DNA of 64,000 bases, taken from contig NC_092671.1 in assembly GCF_964355755.1 (NCBI RefSeq), positions 3,534,001 through 3,598,000 on the forward strand. Direction: 5' to 3'. Positions 49,716-63,212 of this stretch are shown piece by piece. The first letter of the stretch is position 1. Each line of letters begins with the position of its first letter. Source of the DNA: Antedon mediterranea (taxonomy: Eukaryota; Animalia; Echinodermata). The notes under the pieces are model-generated. The model was not told where the DNA came from and did not search any database. It worked only from the letters and a program-made list of their open reading frames with translations. The position numbers and the translations under genes were made by a program.

Positions 49716-51834
49716 TATCAAATTATCACTGTTGATAAAAAAAATGTGTTATTCAAACATTTGTTAGAATAGTACCATATTGAATTATTTGATGATGTTT
49801 GAATTTGTTGTCTGTATATACTTAGATTCGTGATTAACTGCTAAATTGCTATTAATATAAATATTATGAAATGTCTACTCATTCTTTTCCGTTGACTATC
49901 ATCCGGTGCATGCTACGTAAGCGGTCTGATAACCCAACGCAGGTCAAGCAAACTGAAATTAACATCACTGGTATATAAATTCAAATAATTATTTTTCGCT
50001 AAAACACTCGACGTTTCTTAGATAAGAATAATTGTTTGTCTCATTTGTCTCTTTTTAATCACTGTTTTATATACAATAAATGTTTCATGTCCAAGTAGTT
50101 TTAAAATTGTTATTATCCTACAGACCTTTGTAAAGTAAATTTACTACTTTTCATCACGCAATACTTTACGAAAGTTCACGTAATACCTTACGTCATAATG
50201 GGAACCAAGAATGCTTCTCATACGTAATTCTGGCTGTAAAGCAGTTTATCGAGGCTTTTATAATGGGGAATGTGTCTAATAGGCTCTATAGGGTGGGTTG
50301 GAATACAGGTATAGCTATATAATAAGCTAACATCAAGTGAGTTGCGAGTATATGTCGTATTATGTATTTTTGACGGGTTTGGCTTTCCATAGTCGTACCT
50401 TGTATTCTATTTTCCAGCGTGCACGATGACAGTTGTCGACACGGATTTGGTACGATACAGAATAGTCTTTCAGTATTCAAAGAATAATTTCGTTTCAATA
50501 AAGTGCTTGCATATAATTGATATAGTGCTCATCTGAGAATAATAATCATGACAGTGGGAATAAGACGACTGACTTCCAAGAGGACATGAACGAACACTTT
50601 ACATTCCTAAACGAAATGTCTCGTCTGTAGAGATTAAACAATGGCTAATATATCAAGACTAATGTTTCCACGCACGTACAATTTGTCGTTTCGTGTTAGC
50701 ACGTACGCCACTTCCGTGCATGTGCGTATCTTGACTAAAACATCGTAACATTTTTCTTCTATGTTTAAATTGTGAATGACTGTAGGGTCATCCCTTAGGG
50801 CCAAGTGACGGACACATTTCGGATATGTATCATACGGTAGATGATAACTCAGGAACTCGTTCACGATTTGCCGCCATGAATGTATTACAGAAATAACAAA
50901 TGCAAATCAACCAAAAATACTTCAGTACAACAAACTTTTTAATCGAATTAGGAAAATGAAAAATAATTCTTTTCTTTTTTGTGTAATAACTGTTTTGTGA
51001 TGTACTAGTAAAGCAAGGAAATGTATAAGATATAAAACATAGCAAAGAATTGAACTTGTTGTCTATAATCTATATTGATACATTAAGCATGAGCTGAGAA
51101 AAAAATAAGTAAGCCTACAACAACAAGAGTTTGTAATAGCTTCCATATTGCGTGTAAAGAAAACGCATCACACAGCTGTTGGGTTGGATTGCGTTCGATT
51201 CACTACAATTATCTTAATACCTGTCTTGTGGCACTTAACCTTATAATAAGTGGGTATCTCATTAAAACGGAATCTAGATAGGCACTTTCTTTAATTTACT
51301 TCGCTTTGTTTTCAGTTCTAATGAGTCAAATCTGATTTGATTTGGCATTTAAAGTCCCGTTTACGAATTTGTTAAACGCGTGTGCACCGGGATGTCGATT
51401 GATGTAAAACCGCAGAGAGTTCAGTCCATACGCGAACATCGCATGGCAATCAGACGTGCTTGTCCATTACGCCGAAACAAAATAGTTCCCAGGAGAGAAG
51501 CGACAAGTTACAATTAAGAAACATTAATTGATTTAATAAATTGATTTTATCGACTGGCAATAAAATAACACAGAAATTATAAATTCAGTATCGTATAATC
51601 ATTAGTTTCCTCGTTGAATCGTATTTCACTTGACTGCTTCCGATTTATGTTGACATACTGTGAGTAGTAGGAACTGGTGTGCTAGACGGGGCCCAGCAAC
51701 CATACACACTTTGGGGGTAAAAGGTGGGGTTTGAAAAATGTTTATTGGAAAAAACATAAATCTCCAATATTTGTTGAGGAATAAAAAATTTGTCGGCAAT
51801 AGGCCTATACAATTTGAAAGTGTTTATAGGCTAA

Positions 51835-51984
51835 AGCTCTGTATACACTATCAAACTTTATGCGATAAAAACCAAATGTGCCCATATATGGACATGATGA
51901 TGTCATACCACTACCATGTTTGGGGATCACTACCGGGCACACCACACTAGTTTGATAGTGTAGACAGAGCTGTTCGACAGAGCT
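51835..51984. mobile_element. MITE family A copy with duplicated right tip
   Basis: TAA|AGCTCTG...GACAGAGCTgttcGACAGAGCT|TTA. Confidence 0.85.
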
Positions 51985-52742
51985 TTAGCCCGTGAGTAAA
52001 TTTAAGTTAGGTTAGAACTTCTGACCAATCAGTCTTTGTCATTATTACACTGTTTTATGGACAGACGCGCTGGTCTAAAATTCCGGGAGGAAAGGTATAT
52101 ATAGGCCTACAAGTATAAAAAACCGCAATAGAATAATTTGAGGTCACGTGGGAGTACCTGGATAAAAAACGTTTCAAGTTGTTCTGTTTTTCATAAAACC
52201 CGGGGATAATAATTGTCGTTGCGTGTTTGATTTTCATACCTGCAATTTTCGATATAAACGGTAAACAAATTGAATTTACACTTAAGTTGATATGCGTGCT
52301 GTTGACATAAATATGGCGCGAATTCAAACAGAAATTGGCCAGTATTCGAAGAATGATAGTTTATTTATACCCCTCGGTTAATCTGATGATTTAATAAAGA
52401 TTGTAGAATTACTCACAGGTACCAAACGCACTTACAAACCAGATTTAACTGCTGATTATTTCGTTCTGATCTTTGTAAAATCAAGGGTATTTTTTAAGTT
52501 GTCGGTAAGAGGCCTACCCTACATTTTGTGATCGTTGAAAAAGAATTATATTATGCCGTCCCGTGACATGATTTCAATACAATGAGTTGTACTAAGTAAG
52601 GACATCAATTCATTCGTACTTTATTTACATCAACTATTGTATTTGGAACATTCACCGATCCACCAGTACCAGCAATTAACAATGAGTCCCAGTTTGCTAC
52701 TATACCGTTATGATTACTAGGGGCCTATATCTATTTTTTTTT

Positions 52743-52898
52743 CAGTTCATAGACAAATTCCGTAATACCAGCATCACATTTGAAACACATGGAGCCTGTA
52801 TCATAGACCTTAGTCTAACTCTTAACCATAATAACCTTTCATTATACTGACATCACATCCCATGGGATTCTGTATTACGGATTTTTCCTATGATACTG
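52743..52898. mobile_element. MITE family C copy
   Basis: TCCGTAATAC / GTATTACGGA inverted arms; right end CCTATGATACTG. Confidence 0.65.
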
Positions 52899-54159
52899 TC
52901 GAAATATTGTAGATAATTATTATTATGTAATAATTACTAATGCACTAATTATTACTATACCTCAACATTATCAATGTTTTATCATACCTAATCAATTCCT
53001 AACAACAAGAAGAGCAAGGTATATTATCTTTTACAATACTGGTAAGAAGTAGAATAACTTTAAAAACTGTTTACATTATTGGTATCTTCTTTTGAATTGC
53101 GAAACGTTTTATTCTCTCTCCATGCCTTATGCAATTTAATATATTATTAGTCAAAGTTTTTGAAATCCATATTCTTTAAAAAAAATCTAAACTATATCCG
53201 ACAGTTGTGACATGACCCTCTCACAGTTTGGCGCCGTTTTCAATACACGAGGGATTCACGCGCTGACCGTTGATGGAAAAGAAGTCAACATTGGCCTAAT
53301 ACGGTAGAATTAGAAAAAAACATAAACTAATAAATTTAATAAACAAATTAAACGATTTAATTTGACGGGGATGTTGTGAAGTGGGCTGTTTTCGAGAGAA
53401 TAAGGACACAAGATGGAACAGCATCTGTGCATCGTTGATGTATGAGTAACTATGATTGTAAGTTCAGGTAAAAAAATATCGGATGCTATTGATGTATCTA
53501 GTTGGTTAATTAATTAGTATATGATCACTCTACGTTAATCATTTTAATGAGACATGACAACTTGAAGCGGTTTAGTGGAACTCGAATTAATGATTGGCTT
53601 TTCGTCGTCGACATCTGGAACTAGTTTTCGATTATGACAGTGCCCCAAAAAAAGCAACGTAATAACGTGCTTTCCTATTTATTAATTGAATCATTACTTT
53701 ATTTAAAGAAAACCGAGTACCTCAATAAACCACTTAGAATAAGATTTATAGTGGTACACATATAACGATTACTCCTAATTTAATTTAGCCTAACAATTAG
53801 CATTCTCTTAGAGCGAAAACCCACGATGCACCATATTAGAACGCATGTAAACGCTGACTTTTAAAACCCTTTTTTTGGCCTAGATTGTTTTAGGGAAATT
53901 AGCAATGTCAGTCGACGTTACGTATAGTTTTAATGCCATGGGGATGTTTTATATTCTTTCTCTTTATGATTAATGTGAATATTTAGATGTGTTTAATTTT
54001 ACTGTACAGTTTTTATATGTGTCTCCTAAGGGAGGTGAATAAATTAGAATTTTGAATTTGAATATTAGTTCAATTTGTATTAACATTTACTTTAGATTTC
54101 CAAGATGACTTTTATATTTTGTTTTGAGCCAAGTTGCCTCTAAAAGGCAGAGAATATTC

Positions 54160-54450
54160 TACGAGTTGGAACATAGTGACGTCTCATGTAGGCCCTGGTT
54201 CGAATCATCGTTGAGTCAATGTCATCTTCAAATTGACGAATGATTGCCTCTATGTATCATCCACCCACTCCATGCCCAAGAATAAATATTGACCCAATAA
54301 CCCTCGTGGGTGATTATTGGTATTGTGTGACAAAACTATGCCAATCGAATCCTTCAGATTAGACAGTATTCGGTCAAGTATTCGATATTCAAGTCTAAGA
54401 CAGTATATTGGTCTATCGAGCAACCCACGCCAACTGATTACTAATTGTTA
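54160..54450 (+). mobile_element. Probable decayed tRNA-derived SINE
   Basis: B-box-like GGTTCGAATC (~54197) after a degenerate A box; GC-elevated body. Confidence 0.4.
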
Positions 54451-56251
54451 AATTAAATACGTACAACCACAAAACAAATTGTCATTAATCCATATAAGAA
54501 TGCAATCAAATTAATAAAATAGAAAACAAATAATCGAAATATTACGCACTGTTAGAACAATTACATTTGCTTGAATAGTTAACTCGTTGATCGCGTGGAT
54601 TATTTTATTTATTTATTAATTTTGATAATTATCGAATGGCTCATTTAGTAATCCCAAAACGTCCAATTTACTTTTAGATTTAGACTTCGTTCCTCCCTTA
54701 TTATTATTGTTCTCTCTGTCTGGTCGGATATCTATAATTGTTTTATAGTTCTTTACGTTGCCTTCTCCGATTTAAAATAGTCATTTTTCCACTGGACTTT
54801 TGGCCTATAGGATATGTTTAAAAATATTGATGATTGTAGTAAGAAATTCCATTGCGTATAATAGGAGATGTTTCATACATTAGTTTCAGATATTTTCTCT
54901 CAGAGAACGCTTCATAGATTTCCTGTGTTATAATTGGCTGTCAGTGTAACGCGTTATTACCTTACGCGTATTGAAACGTCATAACACAAAATCATTAGAT
55001 TGACTCTCGAATGTATTGCGTAGTTGAAACGTTACTATAGCTATAATTCCCCATTGTTGCATGCCTTAAACTAACTGCCTAAAGTTTTACAATGTTGTTA
55101 CTTATTGAGGGCGTATTTTCAATGGTTCCCTGTATGTTGGTAGTTTACAGTGTTTGGTATCATCCACCGTTTCATATCAATTGCCACGTGTCTTTATGAA
55201 TCAATTTGTATTGCTGTTTATTTTGACCCATTGAATCATAAATATGTTTTCTCGGGAGATATCCTGCACGCGATCTACCGTTATGCAATCCAGATGAAGC
55301 GAGTTTCCTCTTGTTAATCAAAGTAATGTTTCTACGTTTAATGTTTTGAAATCGATACATTCCATTGCGGTTTCACAAGTTACCTAATGCAAATGATTTA
55401 GGTTGTAGACCTAATTTAAGAAGCGTTAGGTATTCCTTATAAAAATTGGTTGTATCGATGCATTTTCTTAAAAACACTATAGACCTACAATTTGTGAAGT
55501 TTTGTAACAATAATGCATATATTCAACCAGTTCATTTCTTGTCTTAAATGTACGTTTTATGGTTAAAAGAGAGAAACAATGCACTACCTAAGTAGCTCGC
55601 GTCGAATGTCCTCTCGCGGACGGTCTTAGGCCTAATAGGCTTTGTTGTGTAGGCCTAGCTGGTAAAGATCGGTAACATACGAACATCATACGCTAGCATA
55701 GTCCTAGCCCGGCGTTTTTCTCGTTGCTGAATTAATTGTCTTTCTTTATTTGGTAAAATCCGTTAAATACAAATTGGGGAAGATCTGGTATTTCCGCTGA
55801 AAATTTACGGTTCTTTTATTTGTTTAAAATTCATTTTCTAAAGAATTGTGCATTAAGAAAAGACATTAAAAAAAAAAAAAAATCCTCAATATGGTCATCT
55901 TTTATTCATCGATATTTTCCATAATAACCTACAAAAATTAAATATATCAGTCATGTCGCAATTTGTGTGTCTGTACCACTTAAATAGGACGTCACCATCT
56001 CAGTAAAAGCACGTTCAAAATTACAATTCATCTCGCTCACGTACTTTTTAAAACTCTTCTCTCTCTAATTAGATCGTGATTTGAATAGATTAAAAACACT
56101 TAACATTCGTGTCCCATGAGCGATTTAACTCGATCGAATCATTTTTAACAAGTGCCCCATCGTTGCTGTTGATATTCGTCAGTTCCCGTTGTCTACTTTT
56201 AATCCTTTTTATCGACAAATGAAATTTTCCAGAAATGTACAGTTTTTCTAA

Positions 56252-56545
56252 AGCTCTGTCTACACTGTCAAACTAGTTTGACAAACACGTGACAACACAC
56301 TCTTCTATTGCGGTTTTTATACTTGTAGGCCTATATATACCTTTCCTCCCGGAATTTTAGACCAGCGCGTCTGTCCATAAAACAGTGTAATAATGAGAAA
56401 GACTGAACCTGGCCAAAATATTGTATACATTTTATACATTTACTCATGTGATGTGCCCAAATATGGTAGTGCTATGACATTATCATGTTCATATGGCCAC
56501 ATCTAAGTTGTTTGTCACATAAAGTTCGATAGTGTGGACAAAGCT
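56252..56545. mobile_element. MITE family A copy carrying an inverted copy of 52029-52133
   Basis: TIRs and TAA TSD. Internal 56303-56406 is the reverse complement of 52029-52133. Confidence 0.88.
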
Positions 56546-58930
56546 TAACTCATCTCAAGTCTAAAAGTGTATAATAAATTGCTTTTAACCTGCTCCAAGA
56601 CGTTTCAAAATCGTGAATAAAGAGAATAAAAGAATTTTTACGTTGGTTCTCCAGAGTTAATTTAAATTTCACATCCTTTTTTCACTCTTACTTTTTTGAT
56701 GCAGGAAATTCTGACGCTAATTTAGAATTCGTTACGCAACAGAATTAAGAATTAATTAAGTCATAGTAGAAGTAGTAGAAAGTAGTTTATAAAGTTTAGT
56801 TTGCAGAGGAATATGTAATGTAGTGTTTACTCATAAGAGCTCCACAGTCTCTTAAGTATGGTCAACCCGGTGATATAAACAATCTTATATTAGCATTTTT
56901 TATTCAAGAATATTTTGTCGTCCATAAATTGAAAATTCGACATTCCTTTGACAATTATACTTAATATACAGTAAAACATTAAGAGAAAAAAATGATTAAA
57001 ATAGGTAAAAAGATTAAAAACAAGATTGTTGAATACTTTATAAAATGTTAATTAACGTGTTGTGTACTATTGTTAAAATGAATATCAACATATTGCAAGA
57101 CGGATTCGTGGTACACATTATAGTCTAAAACCAGAACAATGAAATAAAGGATGTGTATTATCTTTCATAAAAATGTAGGCCTACTTATTGTCATGTTTTT
57201 GCACAAATGCCCAGTCTAATGAACGTAGGAAATAATTGGCCTATACATTAATATAAAATAGCGTAACCCAATTAAAGAAATCAATTAAAAATGCATACGA
57301 TTCTTGATAAAGGTATCTCTATAAAATAAAAGGGAAGACATTTTCAACCTTGCATTACAAATCACAATCGCGAGAAAGATTAAAGGAAACTCCACTGGAC
57401 CATGCTCCAAGCTAAGCTCATGTATTTACATTTCAACGTTCTGTCATTCGTCATAAAACGGTCAACTAATGCTTTTCTGCCTGAAGGGTATTTAGAACAG
57501 TTGTAGGCCTACATTCTACACATTACCAAAGTTGTCAACATACAAATCATACAGTAGATTGTCAATGATACTTTGATACTTCGTATTCATACATAACAAT
57601 TCGCCTACAGGCATTTTAGTAGAAGGGGAAGGGGTAATAACTATTCAATCAATGGTCACCCTAACCTTTCTCTGGCCGCCTGCCATATCGATCAGAAAAA
57701 AGGAAGAGTGAGAGAGGGGGAAACTAGTCACATGCGTTCACATTTCAAGGTCCTGTCAGGCTGTAATCGTCCCTGGTCACGTAGGGTCACTGTAAAATCT
57801 TTGCCTCTTACTGTTTATGGCGTATTAGGCAATACACCAGGGAACGATGGGGTACTGAACGATTGATTTTAACGTCCCACTGACAATGTGTTGAAAGATT
57901 GATTGCAATTACATTAGTATTGTCAATTTGCTTATAGGTTTTATCGTGATAGGTTTAATGATAGAAGGGATGATAGTTAGAAAAACTGACAACGAATTCC
58001 ATTGCGGACGTCAATCTTAATTTTCGCGGCGTCTTAAAAATGTTTATATAAACAAAATATTTACGTTTTTATAAAATGCTAATTCCCCAAATTTAATTGA
58101 TTATTAGATAATGCTCCTTACTTGGTGTAAATGTGTATAACCCTGTGGAGATACATAATTAGTACTATGAACTCGAGTTCACACGATGTGGAAAGTATTT
58201 TTTTGGCACATTATCGTCATCTTTGTTCTCATGATTCTCACGATAGTCCTGGTCCTTCAAGGCCACCATAAATCATACAATCATGGTAAATTATGATATT
58301 GTCTTTAAAGAAAATATTTATTTATACGTGAAATAACTGTTTTGTGTCGGTGGAATGAAGTATAGGCCCACTGTAGAAAACTTGTTTGAAGTACAGTACG
58401 TTGTAACGGCTTGTTTATTCAGGTAGGGTTTCGAGTCCACCCTGAAGAACTTTCAATTATCATCCACACGTATAACTATTCTTAAAGGGTAGCTCCAGGT
58501 AAAACATTTATATTTTATATTATAATAAGATATAAACCTTTGCAACAACATTGATATTAACCCCACTTAGTTTTGTTCAGCGGTAAAGAAGAACGAAAAT
58601 CAAGCGTCTTTAAAAAAAGCGGGGGAATTTTAACGAGCATCAAAAGTGGGGACAATTTAACGAGCATCAAAAGTGGGGACATTTTAAACCCGGAGTTACC
58701 CTTTAAGTACAATGGATATTCCGAACATTCTACGTCAGATAAAATAACAATTTTTTTTAGAATTGTCGAAATGTATTCTCTTTCTTTACTTGGAGTTACA
58801 CTCCCAAATATAATTTATCTGAAAATAATCAGTCAATTTCTTATAGGGCCTAATTTAAATTGCACAAAATCGTCTTCCTATTTTTTTCTTCTTTACTTCT
58901 AATTGTTAACAAATTTGTTTTTGTTTATAG

Positions 58931-59016
58931 GCAGTGTCGCAAAATGTACAGTAGAAGGAGAAGTAATTAAATTGCCAATCCTAGCTGGAAATCCATGTAT
59001 AACTTGTATATGTAAG
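58931..59016 (+). CDS. BMPER: BMPER/crossveinless-2 exon 2 (start of first VWC domain); gene continues beyond window
   Basis: Polypyrimidine tract, tatag acceptor and gtgagt donor. Encodes (G)SVAKCTVEGEVIKLPILAGNPCITCICK versus vertebrate BMPER [29 protein letters not shown]. Confidence 0.93.
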
Positions 59017-59051
59017 GTGAGTGCTATTATATCAATTTTGTATATACCTAC

Positions 59052-59130
59052 TCAAGTGATTTGACCAATCACACGCAATGGGTCATCCGGAGTGTCGTTT
59101 ATGATTGGTTATAACTCGTTGCATGCAAGG
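59052..59130. mobile_element. MITE family B fragment
   Basis: CAAGTGATTTGACCAATCAC...TGATTGGTT core only. Confidence 0.55.
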
Positions 59131-59831
59131 GGAGAAAACAACCATGCAACTAAATCGACATTTACTTCAAACCTTCTAATATCTTAATTATAAGATTTGA
59201 ACATTGCATTTCAAAGAGTAACAATTGACAAAAATGATTGTTACATTATAGCTCTCCTGCAAAACAGTGTCAAACATTATCACCTTTCGCTGGATTATAT
59301 GCAATTTGTATTTCATAATTTTGTGAATAGGTATAACGTGCATTCATCATTTAAATTGTGTACAATTCTAAGCCTCACTTTTGAGTTGCTCGACTGTTTC
59401 AAACCACAATTATGCATAACTATAATAGTTTAATAAGTCAACTATTTAGAACCTAATCTCTTCTAAAACGTGTGTTTTACTGTCTGATTCAAACATGCAT
59501 GGATTATTGTGATGATGCGATGGAATAACTCATGTTTGGAAATATTAGTTTGATAACTAGAACTCGACCATTTTGAATTGTAATCTTTTCTAAAATATTC
59601 ATTAACATTTTTAGTACTTTCTTTCTATTGGATCAACGATTAAGAAACATTTCTCTTCTATGATATTAGGACCCAATTAAAATTACGTCAAGATTTTAAA
59701 ACATTTTAACAATTTAAATAAACTCGCGGTTTAATATTCCAGAACATGGACAGTAAAACCAGTAAAAATAATCAATTTAAATAAATATTCAATACAATAT
59801 TAGATTGCTTCAATTCAGTATTATGCTCTTA

Positions 59832-59967
59832 AACTCTGTCTACACTATCAAACTAGTTTGAAAAAAATTGTGATGTGCCCATATATGGACATGACATGAC
59901 ATCATCATGTTGATGTATGGGCATATCACATGTTTTTGTCACAAAGTTTGATAGTGTAAACAGAGCT
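59832..59967. mobile_element. MITE family A copy
   Basis: TIRs, TTA/TAA flanks. Confidence 0.87.
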
Positions 59968-60099
59968 TAAAAGGTTATGTTGCTTCGTTGCAAAAGTGTG
60001 ATTGTAATATCTCTTTTTCAACATACTGTTGTTTTATTTTGGTTGTAAAAATGCAGTCGGTTCTACAAGGTACCATATTGTATGGACATATCTACAATT

Positions 60100-60257
60100 T
60101 GTCCAGTATCAGTAATTTATCACACACGTCATATGTCTAGAATCGCTTACGACTGGTATCAAAAGAAAAGTCACATGTGACATTGTATCTACCCCAACCT
60201 TAAATATATATGACCTATGTTATGGAGATCGCGGAATTTATTTATGATCACTGGACA
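60100..60257. mobile_element. MITE family C-like remnant
   Basis: TGTCCAGTATCA...TGATCACTGGACA ends and central GTCACATGTGAC. Confidence 0.45.
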
Positions 60258-60939
60258 AATAATGCCATAAAACGTTAGCACTTCATACATAATTATACCG
60301 TAACTAATGTGACAACAATTGCCTTATAATGGTATACTTTTGGATGTGATAGATCCTTTTTATATATTCAATGGGCCATTTGATACTTATTCGTATGTTT
60401 GTATAGTAACATGTACAGAACGTCACGACAAATTCAAGCATATGTCACGTTGACGAATGTCTTTATGATGTAAAAATCTTATGACTATATTGACAGCACT
60501 TCACGTAAAATGTTGTTAAGTTAATGATAATGAAGGACTTAATTAATTCACACGTCATCAATAAATGACGCATTTACACGCGTGACTGTTTACTTGTTTT
60601 GTCTTTGATGTTGCAAAGTAAACTTTTGATTGGCAACAAGAAGAAAGCTGTCAAAAGAGATATTGGACGACTTTTTGAACGTCTTGTGATGCTGCAGACG
60701 TCCTGTGATGCTACGTGCAATAATTATACAATATAAATTAAAAATCCGTATAACTGTCTCTCCCTTTTCAAAATCTTCCTCTCATAAAAAAATACGAACA
60801 TAACCTTAGCAATATATTAATGTAATGAATTTTTTAAGAAAGCGCAAATAAGAATCGCTACCCTAGTCCCTACTTACCTATTGGTTAAATGAATGCCAAA
60901 TATTCAGTGCATTAAATATCTATCTATTATATGGAATTA

Positions 60940-61105
60940 TGTAAACCTAGTCGTATCCAAGTGTCCGTGGAACCGTCCCATACCCCGGCAAGAGTTCGAC
61001 TCACTCGCCCCATGGACCAAGACTATATAGTAATTTTCATCTTTCGAAATGAGGCCGGGAATTCGATGGAATGGCGCTATACAAAATAGATATTAACATT
61101 ATTAT
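60940..61105 (+). mobile_element. Probable SINE/L2-type 3' end remnant
   Basis: GAGTTCGACTC B-box-like motif and GGCGCTATACAAAAT...ATTATTAT tail. Confidence 0.35.
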
Positions 61106-63060
61106 CAATTCATAACAGCATTCAGATTTCTTTTCCAGTTAAACGTTAAGCGAAAGTTTCACACATTTAAAAACAAAATAGACAATAATGTGACTTGATT
61201 TACAGTTTACGTGCTTCAGTGACTTTTAAGTATTGTATTAAACCTCAGCTAAAAGACCTGTAGCAGATAAAATTCAACCCGTTGATCCTCACATTCCAGT
61301 ACTTTTGTCGCATCATTGCGTTTGTATTCAAAATTCCAAATAAAACCACAAATCCGTATATTAACTTCAAGTAATTTTTACCTAAATATTCTATATTTTC
61401 ACACAAATCCATCAATTTACAGTTGATTGTCCTTGTAATCGTATTGTGTATAGTTATATAGATAAAGGAAATTTAACAAAATTCTGAATTTTGGTTACAA
61501 TTATACTGTTATAATAAACGTTGATGGGTCACGTCGGCAAAATGAGACAATTTAAAATCTTTCTTTTAAAATAAAGCATGCGCTCAGATTGAACCTCAAC
61601 GAAATTCAAAATACAGAAAACGACAGAGGACGCGCTTGGACTAATGTGAAACATAGAAAATTCAAGATATAAATCACGAAGAAACAAGTTAACGGTATCT
61701 CTCCATGAGATAATCAACTTGAAAATAATAATTGAAACAAGTAATAAAAAAGCAAGTAAATAAACAACATTTTAAAACATTTTTCTAAGTAAGAAAAACA
61801 TAATTCTAACTGTTCAAAATAATATTGGCGGCGTTGGCATGTCATGGATCAATACTAAAAAATAATTACAGTCATCAATATAAAAATAACGTAATTTGAG
61901 AATTTAGAATAGAGCAGTATTGATTGAACAGGAAACGGTACACAAAGAAGAACAAAAGAAAACAGAATATAATATGTACGTTTGTGTTATTAGTTCGTTG
62001 TTTAAAGCCTTTAGGCCATAAAGTGGGCAAACTGTGCATTATTGTGATTATTTTTATTTCAATTGTGTCCGTCCTGAGCCACAAAAATGCTAAAATACCA
62101 CTGAATCATTCTATTTATTACGAATATAACCCCGGTGCAAACCTCGTTACATGTCTGATTGACCAGTTTCTTTCGTTTCAAAATTAGATTATCATTCTTA
62201 ATTGAATCGTTCCGTGATAACCACTAAAGATATGTGCGATTTAAATTGTAGACTTATGCCATTTGATGCTGAGGAAAATTAGTAAAAAGTACAAATGACG
62301 GGTCATCTTTAGGCCTAGCCTCAATGTGACACCCTTTTACAGGGACAGCATGCATCGAGTAATGTCCATGTCGGAGTGTCATTTTGCGATTAAATTATAG
62401 ATACTTTTGTATCGAGATTTCTTCAGTGAAAATTCCGTGATTTAGCATTACAACCTAATCCTTAATCTATCGTTACATGATACAGCCACCAAATGTGATG
62501 CACATAAGATGCTGTATTACCGAATGGTCCTGTGATACTGTGTTAATTTGTCGTTTGTGGAGATACAGCACTGATAATCTGCAATTCAGGCAGCCCGCAG
62601 GTTGTAACGCCTACATTTATACATTATCATTTTCACTTACGATATTGTATTTTACTGAGAAAACGGGATAGGCCGGCTTTACTGGCCATAATCGCATAGA
62701 GAGGGATGTCTTTTAAAGTGCATTGTATGTATACTGCTTGTTATACTTCTGTATATAAAATGTTTAAAAAAAAATGTTATAAATACTAGGCCTGACATAA
62801 TGTACCATCGATACGCCCACTAATTTGTCATTAATTGAAAATAAATGTGTGTTTGCTTTTCCCAGGATGTCTGTTAAATGTGAGTTACATTCTCAAACTA
62901 GACAACAAATGTTTCATACTTCTTTTTTTTAAATGTGTGCTACATTTTTTTAATGAATCTATCTTTACACAGAATATTTGTAATGAATTATTAACCCACA
63001 TAGCATGAATGGATATGGAGTTACTTATTTTACATCGATAAAGTGATATAATGCGCCTAA

Positions 63061-63212
63061 AACTCTGTCTACACTATCAAACTTTATGTGACAACATTTC
63101 TTATAATATATTTACATGATGTCATATCACTACTATATTTGGGCATAACACTACCATATTTGGGCACATCACACTTTTTTTGTCAAACTAGTTTGATAGT
63201 GCAGACAGAGCA
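63061..63212. mobile_element. MITE family A copy
   Basis: TIRs, TAA/TTA flanks. Confidence 0.87.

Noticed and set aside
62866-62885. Candidate BMPER exon 3 after the ttttcccag acceptor
   Set aside because: The phase-0 reading gives DVC-stop and no VWC cysteine pattern; exon 3 is probably beyond the window.
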